Virus record (IMG/VR): IMGVR_UViG_3300028840_006692
Reading direction: 5' to 3' (one strand)
Source: an uncultured virus (IMG/VR IMGVR_UViG_3300028840_006692)
Lineage: Duplodnaviria; Heunggongvirae; Uroviricota; Caudoviricetes
DNA: 20,077 nt
In this document: positions 7,075 to 14,151 of the stretch, piece by piece
How the letters are laid out: each line of letters opens with the position of its first letter
How positions within the stretch are numbered: the stretch's first letter is position 1
Made by a program: the position numbers and the translations under genes
Notes under the pieces: model-generated
The model's database searches: none
What the model was told of the DNA's origin: nothing
What the model saw: only the letters and a program-made list of their open reading frames with translations

Positions 7075-7422
7075 CTACGTGGTTTCTGGCGTGTCGTTGG
7101 GATTGGGTGTTTCTCTTTCGGAAGATTTTGGAGGGGTTTCTTGGATTTGGGATTTGGACGTAGATGGACGGTCGGGGAACACGCGGCCGGTCATGCGGCG
7201 CAGGTACGCGTGCCCCCCGATCGCCATCGCTAGGACCTTTAGGCCGGTCTGAATCGGGAGAAGCCATTTTGGTATGGCGTAATCGTAGCACAAAAGAATG
7301 GATGCGACCGCTGCTAACACAATGGTTTTCCAGCCCTTTACGCTTGGCGCGTGCCTTTTGATACCTGCTACCAAGGCCACTACGATTGCGACAGTTTCCC
7401 AAGGGACCCCCAATTCATTCAT
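7075..7422 (-). CDS. Holin-like small membrane protein (2-3 TM, hydrophilic C-tail)
   Basis: Hydrophobic segments VAIVVALVAGI, TIVLAAVASILLC, LKVLAMAIGG; charged Pro-rich tail; immediately after the fibre genes. Confidence 0.6.
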   Translation of the reverse strand: MNELGVPWETVAIVVALVAGIKRHAPSVKGWKTIVLAAVASILLCYDYAIPKWLLPIQTGLKVLAMAIGGHAYLRRMTGRVFPDRPSTSKSQIQETPPKSSERETPNPNDTPETT

Positions 7423-7428
7423 GGCTTT

Positions 7429-8790
7429 TTACGTGTTTTGATAGAGAAGCATAATGCCTGCTGGTGTGGGGCCCGGTAGTGGTGCACCCACAGCAAAGCC
7501 TTGCAAGTCCACATCAAATGTAGTCTTGGCAAAGACCATCCAAGTCACATCGGGAGCTGCGGGGGAGGGTTCGACAGTCACAATGTAATTTGTGGTTGGA
7601 AATGGCGGTGTGAAAGGTTGGGTGGGGCCTGGCGCCCCCGTGAAAGGTTGGATGGTGCCAACCGGAAGGATATGTCGATCTCTGGCAACGGCCGCGGCAC
7701 CCCCAAGCAAAGACTGGTTGAACGTACTCCCGGTGATATCGATCAGTACGTTGTTTGCTCCAATTATGGTGTTTCCTGGTGCGTCTCCAAGCACGCCGCT
7801 GCGTAGGGAGACCACGCCTCGGTTTATTGAGGCCGTACCATCAGCAAGAAATGCCCCGTAAGTATGACTACCATCAAAATCAGCCGCAACGGTATCTGCA
7901 GCAACGTTTTGCCAGTCGAAGTTGACCCCAATATTTCCGTAGATGTAGCTGTTTTTGCACAGCACGTAACCGTTGCGCGGTGTGGCCTCGTCGACCAAAT
8001 TGGTGAGTATATCTCGACATACAGTGTCGGTTGCTTCGACTTGGCAAAGGTTGTTTACGTTCATAGGTCCGGCTAGGCGGCAACTATTGAGCCGGCAGGG
8101 AGCTAGCCCTATGTTGGGTTCTGGCTGTGCTGCATCATAGTCTAGGGTGAGCTCTTCCACGCTGCACGTTATAAGGTTGAGGTTGCTCACGTTGGATGCG
8201 CGTATAAGGTCATTTGCAGCACAATCTGTGAGCGTGATCGAGGTCGCCCGGATGGCGTCTAGGCATAACCCAGCGCCCAGAAAGATCACATCTTGTAGCA
8301 GGCACAGACCTCCTTCGAACAAGTCGGTTACAGCGGTTCCGTCTAGTAGTAAGCAAGCGTCTGCACCGGTGTTTACGATTTGTAGATTGGCGATTTGTAG
8401 GCGTTGTATTCCTGTAGCTCCGGTCCATTGGACGGTAGGGGCAGCGGTAGCATTCTGCAAAATCGTGCTGGACGGCCCAGCGCCGATTATGCTTATGTTG
8501 TCTACATCGTCTCGCAAAACGATGTCTTCTGTGTATGTACCTGGCCCTACAACAATCGCATCGCCGGTCTGGGCGGCGTCTACGGCTGCTTGTAAGGTCT
8601 GGTATTTGAGCACTATGGAGCCTCTTTGGGCGGTGGCGTCGTCGCCTACAGGTGACACGTAGAGTGTAGCACCGAGGCCGGAGCCCGTGTCCAAAGCAGC
8701 GATCGCTGCATCTATTTGCTTTTGTAGCTTGTACCAACTTTGTCGCAGCGACAAGTCGGATGAAAGGAGTGGTACTGGATTGAATGGCAT
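7429..8790 (-). CDS. Right-handed beta-helix (pectin-lyase-like) spike protein
   Basis: LYVSPVGDD...YQTLQAAVDAA..GDAIVVGPGTYTE..ISIIGAG beta-helix cap, then Cys/Asn-rich coils; N-terminal helix related to those of neighbouring genes. Confidence 0.75.
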   Translation of the reverse strand: MPFNPVPLLSSDLSLRQSWYKLQKQIDAAIAALDTGSGLGATLYVSPVGDDATAQRGSIVLKYQTLQAAVDAAQTGDAIVVGPGTYTEDIVLRDDVDNISIIGAGPSSTILQNATAAPTVQWTGATGIQRLQIANLQIVNTGADACLLLDGTAVTDLFEGGLCLLQDVIFLGAGLCLDAIRATSITLTDCAANDLIRASNVSNLNLITCSVEELTLDYDAAQPEPNIGLAPCRLNSCRLAGPMNVNNLCQVEATDTVCRDILTNLVDEATPRNGYVLCKNSYIYGNIGVNFDWQNVAADTVAADFDGSHTYGAFLADGTASINRGVVSLRSGVLGDAPGNTIIGANNVLIDITGSTFNQSLLGGAAAVARDRHILPVGTIQPFTGAPGPTQPFTPPFPTTNYIVTVEPSPAAPDVTWMVFAKTTFDVDLQGFAVGAPLPGPTPAGIMLLYQNT

Positions 8791-8827
8791 AGCTTAGAAT
8801 CTTTCTTTATGGATTAGTAGCACCAGT

Positions 8828-9358
8828 TTATTGCAAAGCTACCCACATGTTGGAGAAAGCAATACTCAAGTTGTTACCTGAGTTGATCCCGTAAACCTGC
8901 GCGGTGATGACTGTTCCAGCTTCGCATTCTAGTAACCCAGACAATGACAAATGCCCGCTTTGGCTTTCGCCCACACCTATCACGGGATGCAATTGCGCCA
9001 AATTGGGCACTGGCACTCCGGTAGCAAGAATTTCAGCCACAACCAGGCCGGTGTTGAAACTGTTGTAATGCGAGAAATTCAGCCCAACGAGGTACAACCC
9101 ACCATTTGTGACCGTCAAACTACCTGCTACTGGGTTGACGGTGACTCCGTTGGATGGCCCAGCAGCGTTGAACGCGAGGTATGGGTCGGGGGGCCCGGGC
9201 GGTGCTTGTGTGACCGCTTGAGCAAATGGCACGGCTGGTGTGTTCCAGTAAATCTCCCCATAGGCGGATGGTGCAACTACCCCGCTACCTCCTGCCAGAC
9301 GCAGAGCTTGCTGGATTGCCAGTTGACTGTTTTTTGCTAATGATGGTTTGATCGCCAT
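8828..9358 (-). CDS. Short fibre/decoration protein: QQAL N-terminal helix directly joined to a C1q/TNF (BclA-C)-like head
   Basis: SD AGGAG; LAIQQALR; AYGEIY..LAFN..GSLTVTNGGLYLVGLNFS..SLSGLLE..AGTVIT. Confidence 0.65.
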   Translation of the reverse strand: MAIKPSLAKNSQLAIQQALRLAGGSGVVAPSAYGEIYWNTPAVPFAQAVTQAPPGPPDPYLAFNAAGPSNGVTVNPVAGSLTVTNGGLYLVGLNFSHYNSFNTGLVVAEILATGVPVPNLAQLHPVIGVGESQSGHLSLSGLLECEAGTVITAQVYGINSGNNLSIAFSNMWVALQ

Positions 9359-9370
9359 GGTTTCTCTCCT

Positions 9371-9405
9371 GCATCAAAGGATGCTGTTTGGATGCGAAGG
9401 CATCC
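9371..9405 (-). promoter_or_regulatory. Intergenic twin hairpins built from four GCATC/GATGC units next to an SD
   Basis: Minus strand: GGATGC-cttc-GCATCC-aaaca-GCATCC-ttt-GATGC-AGGAG; no U-tract. Confidence 0.45.
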
Positions 9406-9417
9406 GTTCGGCAAAAT

Positions 9418-9618
9418 CTATAAGGCTATAAGACCAAAACCTTTCCATGTCCCAGGTGTGCCTGCAACAACGCAGATCCAACCCGCGTAGCCTCCTGGGG
9501 ACGGTTGGGAGTTCCACACGATGTCTCCCAATTTGTGCTCCCCGGATGTAGGCGGTGCTATCCCTTGCAAGTTTCTTCGGATGTCCAGCGCATGCTTTAT
9601 GTTGACACTACCCATCAT
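9418..9618 (-). CDS. Stand-alone small beta domain of the type usually found at tailspike C-termini (66 aa)
   Basis: PTSGEHKLGDIVWNSQPSPGGYAGWICVVAGTPGTWKGFG; SD AAGGAG and ATGA overlap with the upstream beta-helix gene. Confidence 0.75.
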   Translation of the reverse strand: MMGSVNIKHALDIRRNLQGIAPPTSGEHKLGDIVWNSQPSPGGYAGWICVVAGTPGTWKGFGLIAL

Positions 9619-10868
9619 AGGCTCCTTATGATATTGTTTTCAACAACATTGCGATTTGCTGGGTCCAGCAAGGAATCATCAACTGTCATAGAAGCGTTAT
9701 CACTGTCGCTTACTCGGAGGGTGTTGCCAACACAATGGCTGTTGTTGATAGGGTAGCCGTCTGCTGTTGTCCACAGCGCACATTCTCCTTCGCGTGCCCA
9801 AATGTAATGGTTGTTCGCAAGGCACACCGAATGATTCCCAAATATCCTACGTGTTTTGATTAGTGTCCCCCCATAAAGAGCTGCAGAGCAACCAATTATA
9901 TTTAGTGCGCTCGGCATGTCTGCGGTGCAGAACACGTCTTTTATTGTGCCCAGTGTGCACCCCATGCAGAGCATGTTAGATCCCCCTTCGACAATCACGG
10001 ATGCTCTCCCCATGTTCATGTAGCCAGTGGAGTTTATCCTGTCATAGTTGCGGCCCCCCCATGCACACCCGATAAAATTCACTCCTCCCCTTACCCAAAT
10101 TGCTCCCGAGTCTTCCCCAAATAGGCACTCCGCCATGGTAACGCCGCCGTTTTCAACACGCAGATTGTTTCCTCTTTGGTGGTACCACCAACATCCTTTG
10201 AAGAATACTCCTGATGTGTTTCCGGTGAGCATCACCGAGTTGTGCGCCTTGTCCCATCCATTTGATTTGAAAGAACAATCAATCACGTTAGAATAAGTAA
10301 AGTTATCGATTTTTAGAGCTTGCACACAGGGACCAAATTGTAGATCTCTAATTGTTAGGCATGCGATGTAGGCAGTCCCTACATTGTTGAAGTGTAGTAA
10401 ATCTTTGGTTGAATAGTATTTTTGATGGAGGATTGTGTTACTCTTACCGCTGCCTACTATTTCAAGCTTCAAAAATGCGTAGGTGTCTCCGTTGAATTCT
10501 ACGGGCTCATAAAGCCTGTATACCCCCGGTGGGAAGTATAGCCTGGCCCAAGACGTACCTGTTCTCCAATTTGCTGTGAGAGTATCCATCGCTGTTTGGA
10601 TGGCTGGTGAGTCGTTAGATACTCCATCACCCTTTGCACCATAGGTTTTTACGTTGTAAATGGAAGGCTCGTGCGGAATGGTAGAAGGCGCATAGGTACT
10701 ACCATTCCACATGATCGCGTCGCCTGGCATGGGAATGTCAGGTGCAAGCGGGTGGCCTTGAAGGCCCGCTACGATCTGTTCTGTGGCTGTTCCAGCTAGG
10801 TCACCCCCCGGAGAGAATCCAAGGTTGTTTAGGTACCTTTTGATGCCTCCAATTGACCCAAATTGCAT
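9615..10868 (-). CDS. Tailspike-like beta-helix protein (Pectate_lyase_3-type N-cap), putative depolymerase or glycan binder
   Basis: GGDLAG..VAGLQG..P..GD...WNG module, then YNVKTYGAKGDGVSNDSPAIQ..LYFPPGVY; paralog of 19145-20077. Confidence 0.8.
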   Translation of the reverse strand: MQFGSIGGIKRYLNNLGFSPGGDLAGTATEQIVAGLQGHPLAPDIPMPGDAIMWNGSTYAPSTIPHEPSIYNVKTYGAKGDGVSNDSPAIQTAMDTLTANWRTGTSWARLYFPPGVYRLYEPVEFNGDTYAFLKLEIVGSGKSNTILHQKYYSTKDLLHFNNVGTAYIACLTIRDLQFGPCVQALKIDNFTYSNVIDCSFKSNGWDKAHNSVMLTGNTSGVFFKGCWWYHQRGNNLRVENGGVTMAECLFGEDSGAIWVRGGVNFIGCAWGGRNYDRINSTGYMNMGRASVIVEGGSNMLCMGCTLGTIKDVFCTADMPSALNIIGCSAALYGGTLIKTRRIFGNHSVCLANNHYIWAREGECALWTTADGYPINNSHCVGNTLRVSDSDNASMTVDDSLLDPANRNVVENNIIRSL

Positions 10869-10886
10869 AGCCGCCTCACATCGGGA

Positions 10887-12443
10887 TCATACAAACATTC
10901 TGCACAGCTGTGAGGTGCCTGCTCCGAGGTCGTTTTCGTCTCCAGAGAAAGCACCCCATGTGCCTATAGCATTTCCTCCAACCTTGTAGTCTCCACCTAC
11001 TCCTGTTATGTCAACAGTCCCTTGCAGATTTGCTTGCGCGGCATCCGTGACTCTGAGCCCAAGTCCTGTATTCCCTGTGCCGGACACGTTGAGCAATGTG
11101 ATTCGGTTGGCGCCTTGCACCTCCACACCGTCTCCCGCATTGTTGTCACAGCGGGTTCTTCGCAGGCGCATGCTTGTCAGTGGGCCCACGAAGATGCCAT
11201 CGGCGGTGCCGTTACGCACGATGATTTTATCCATAGAAATAGCAACCCGATTGGTTTCTTCGATCCCAGTGCTTCCGCCCACTGTAGAACAACCGTCTAT
11301 TATGTTCTCGAACCAGAAATTCACATCGGTGGATACTCCGCCATTTCGAAGCGATATGGTAGTATCATTGATCAAGCAATTGAATAGGCTCCCTGCAAGC
11401 CCTGTGAAGCCAAATCGCTTTGTTACTTGGCATGTTGAAAATGATGGTTGAGATGATCCAATAAATCCGCTGACTCCGTCCAGTTGGCACATGGTACATC
11501 CAACGGTGTAGAGCGGGTTGTCCATTAGTAATCCATAGCGAAAAGATGATGGGTTCGCAGTGGAAAACTTGATTCCGTTGAACTGCACCCGGCAAACAGA
11601 GTTGCGCAATTCAAACGCATTGCTTCCACCAACATCGGAATTTCTGATCTCAGCTGAAGGCGCTAGAATTTCTACCGGCGCGGTGAATGCACCGTCCTGC
11701 GTAACCTCGATGTCGCTGTTGGGGCCTGCGGTGTTGGATGCTATGACTCCCAGCACCCCGTTGGCATCCCGAACAATCCTTCCTTTTTGCTCATCCAAGG
11801 CGTAGTTTTTGCTGGTTTGCAGAGTGCGCAGCCCCGTCAACGCTTCTTGTGTCTGCCCCGTAAGCTCTCCTACATCGATTGTGTCCACAAGTGTCGGCGT
11901 TGCCTGAAGAGTGACAGGTGCACGAATCAAAAAACCTGGGACTGCTGGGGACGGATCAAAAAATTGTGGGTCGGGTGAGATCACCATGGGCAATTCGGTA
12001 GGGTCGGCATGGAGTTCCTGACCTATATCGGTACAATCGATCACGTACCGGACCCCCCAAATCAGAAGGGGGAGGTCTTGAAGAGCGCGCCGAACAGTGC
12101 GGTAGGCGGTGGCGATGGTGCGTCCGTCGCCTGTGGTGTCATCCCCGGTGGTCCGGACGTAGACCATCTGGTCATCACCAGTGCCCTTCACAGGAAACAC
12201 GTTGTTGCCAAGAGGTACCCATTCCACAGGAGAATTGTTGCGCAACAGCCAGAATGTGCCGTTGTCTAGTTGGTGCGCTAGACTTCCGATCATGTCCGGA
12301 GACAACACAGCACTGTTGCGTTCAGCTTCGTCGGCGTACTCGATGATTTCGGTGTTATCTGCTACCGAGGTGCTCAAACGATCCAACGCTTGTTGTACAC
12401 CCAGCCGGTTGAATTGCCCTATGTTTTGTCTTCGAATTGTCAT
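10887..12443 (-). CDS. Fibre/spike protein with QQALDRL N-terminus and beta-helix body
   Basis: GVQQALDRL; VYVRTTGDDTTGDG..AYRTVRRAL cap; C-terminal NNAGDGV..GNTGLGL beta-helix coils. Confidence 0.75.
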   Translation of the reverse strand: MTIRRQNIGQFNRLGVQQALDRLSTSVADNTEIIEYADEAERNSAVLSPDMIGSLAHQLDNGTFWLLRNNSPVEWVPLGNNVFPVKGTGDDQMVYVRTTGDDTTGDGRTIATAYRTVRRALQDLPLLIWGVRYVIDCTDIGQELHADPTELPMVISPDPQFFDPSPAVPGFLIRAPVTLQATPTLVDTIDVGELTGQTQEALTGLRTLQTSKNYALDEQKGRIVRDANGVLGVIASNTAGPNSDIEVTQDGAFTAPVEILAPSAEIRNSDVGGSNAFELRNSVCRVQFNGIKFSTANPSSFRYGLLMDNPLYTVGCTMCQLDGVSGFIGSSQPSFSTCQVTKRFGFTGLAGSLFNCLINDTTISLRNGGVSTDVNFWFENIIDGCSTVGGSTGIEETNRVAISMDKIIVRNGTADGIFVGPLTSMRLRRTRCDNNAGDGVEVQGANRITLLNVSGTGNTGLGLRVTDAAQANLQGTVDITGVGGDYKVGGNAIGTWGAFSGDENDLGAGTSQLCRMFV

Positions 12444-12452
12444 TTTTGCACC

Positions 12453-13703
12453 TTAGTTGAAATGCAAGACACACCGTGCCAGGGTATTTCCAGTGTTGGC
12501 TTTGGTTTCAAAGCAGTGTCCGATTTCCTGGAAGTGTGTGGTTGCGGTTGGAGGTGATGGGATTGTGGTCACGCTTGCGCGTCCTATGGTACCACCTGGA
12601 GAGGGGGGTGCACCCACCCAGTATTCGCGTTGGATTGTGGATCCCGCATCGACGAGAACGTCCGCCCATCCGGCGATTACCACCCGCATACTGCCGCTGA
12701 TCGCCACTCCGGCATCATAGATTACACCCATCGGGTCAAGTTCGCCTAGGTTCGCTAGAGATACCGCGTGGTCTACTGCTGTGGAAGCACGAACAACTTT
12801 TCCCTTGACGCTTACTTCACCGGTGTCGTTGATTGCTGTGATGTAGAGGCCCCCTTCCGCTGTGATGCCAGAACCCCCAACAACCAGGCCATCTAAAGTG
12901 GTCTTGTCTGAAGCACTCATAAACCCCGCTACCGCTTGTGTAGCAACCGCATGCAGGGCTCCCCCACCCCGGTTGCCATGCTGCCCATCGGTTGCCAAAA
13001 CACCCACCTGGACATCGTTGGCGTTGACCTGAATGCTTCCGTCAGCGTTGGCGACCACGTCGAAGGTGCGATCTGCGGTAAGGTCTCCGCCCCCGGTCAG
13101 GCCGTCACCAGCGGTCAGATTGCGACTTGTAGGAACCAAATTGGCAGGAACGATTCCGTCTAGCTTGAGCTTGTCGGAAGCGCTCATAAAGCCATTTACG
13201 GCGCCCGTAGCTCCTGTGTGCAGGGCTCCCCCACCCCGGCTTCCGTGCTGCCCATCTGTTGCCAACACTCCCACCTGGATATCGTTGGCATTGACCTGAA
13301 TGCTTCCGTCAGCGTTGGCCACCACGTCAAGCTGGTATTGTTCGTTCAACCCAGGGTTCGCGATGGTTCGAATAAGTCCGTCTCCGGGGACTACTTTGTT
13401 GTCTAGGTAATCCGCAGTGGTATCAGCCCCGGTAGCTTTCACCCACACGTCAGCTGCGGCGCCAGTTGCGTCGATCCGGATTTGCTCATTTCCCCCATCG
13501 TTGAGCTCAACCAGATTGATATTGGTGCCACCTACGAGTTTGGACAACAGGTAATCCAGAGTGGTGTCGTTGACGCTGACCTTAGCCTTGCCTAGCTCGA
13601 CGGCGACAGCATCTATGGCGGTGCTCGTGTTCTTACGCAAGCGATCTAACGCTTGCTGGATGCTAATCCTGCCAGTTTTTATGAGTTGAGCTGCGCGTAT
13701 CAT
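12453..13703 (-). CDS. Repeat-shaft fibre protein with QQALDRL N-terminus, two His-pair modules and a decoration-protein-like C-terminal domain
   Basis: SD GGAGG; SIQQALDRL; 2x DTT.DYL..K; 2x DVVANADGSIQV..QHG.RGGGALH..GFMSASDK; C-terminal NDTG..KGKVV..MGV..G...V..G pattern. Confidence 0.75.
   Translation of the reverse strand: MIRAAQLIKTGRISIQQALDRLRKNTSTAIDAVAVELGKAKVSVNDTTLDYLLSKLVGGTNINLVELNDGGNEQIRIDATGAAADVWVKATGADTTADYLDNKVVPGDGLIRTIANPGLNEQYQLDVVANADGSIQVNANDIQVGVLATDGQHGSRGGGALHTGATGAVNGFMSASDKLKLDGIVPANLVPTSRNLTAGDGLTGGGDLTADRTFDVVANADGSIQVNANDVQVGVLATDGQHGNRGGGALHAVATQAVAGFMSASDKTTLDGLVVGGSGITAEGGLYITAINDTGEVSVKGKVVRASTAVDHAVSLANLGELDPMGVIYDAGVAISGSMRVVIAGWADVLVDAGSTIQREYWVGAPPSPGGTIGRASVTTIPSPPTATTHFQEIGHCFETKANTGNTLARCVLHFN
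12888..13328. repeat. Intragenic direct repeat (12888-13061 and 13155-13328; 267-bp period)
   Basis: Core 12951-13061 vs 13218-13328 has 10 mismatches in 111 bp (hand count), mostly synonymous. Confidence 0.9.
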
Positions 13704-13721
13704 AGGGCCTCCAGGGGGAGT

Positions 13722-14141
13722 CTACTGCGCAAGCAGCTGCTCTAGTTGCTGTTGCACACCAGGCCATAAGGAGGATCTTTTCAAAAAGATCTGGGCGCCT
13801 TCGGTAAGCTTCGCCACCCAAGCGGGGTGCTCTGCTCCGGGGTCTGTATGGTGTAGTACACGCGCTCTTAGATTGATTGCATTTTGAGATGCATCCCCGG
13901 GTAAGTGCGCGCCCATAGCCAACGTCAAGCTTTCAAAGTTGAATGTTTCTTCTAAGGAGGCATCTTGACGCAAAGCCACAATTTTTTCAGGGATTGCCAT
14001 AGCATCGCGTAGATGCCCTTCGGCGATGCGCTTTGCTACGACCTCGTTGTGTAAGATCGTTTTATAGGTTACGCCGTTTGCGGTGAATACGTAAACACAG
14101 CATACGGTTCGAGGAGGGACCACAAGTTTCGGGTTTTTCAT
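13722..14141 (-). CDS. Hypothetical protein (139 aa), possibly a fibre assembly chaperone
   Basis: SD AGGAG before ATG 14141 (MKNPKL); non-repetitive small gene between fibre genes; function inferred from position only. Confidence 0.65.
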   Translation of the reverse strand: MKNPKLVVPPRTVCCVYVFTANGVTYKTILHNEVVAKRIAEGHLRDAMAIPEKIVALRQDASLEETFNFESLTLAMGAHLPGDASQNAINLRARVLHHTDPGAEHPAWVAKLTEGAQIFLKRSSLWPGVQQQLEQLLAQ

Positions 14142-14151
14142 GTTTCGTCTC

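Noticed and set aside
12888..13328. Diversity-generating retroelement TR/VR pair
   Set aside because: Both copies are in-frame in the middle of one gene, mismatches are not adenine-specific on either strand, and no reverse transcriptase is seen in the window.
9615..14141. Stop-codon readthrough or recoding joining four consecutive in-frame genes
   Set aside because: The junctions are in frame but use three different stops (TAG, TAA, TGA), and the downstream genes have their own SD-like sites or N-terminal motifs. Coding density is already high under the standard code, so chance is sufficient.
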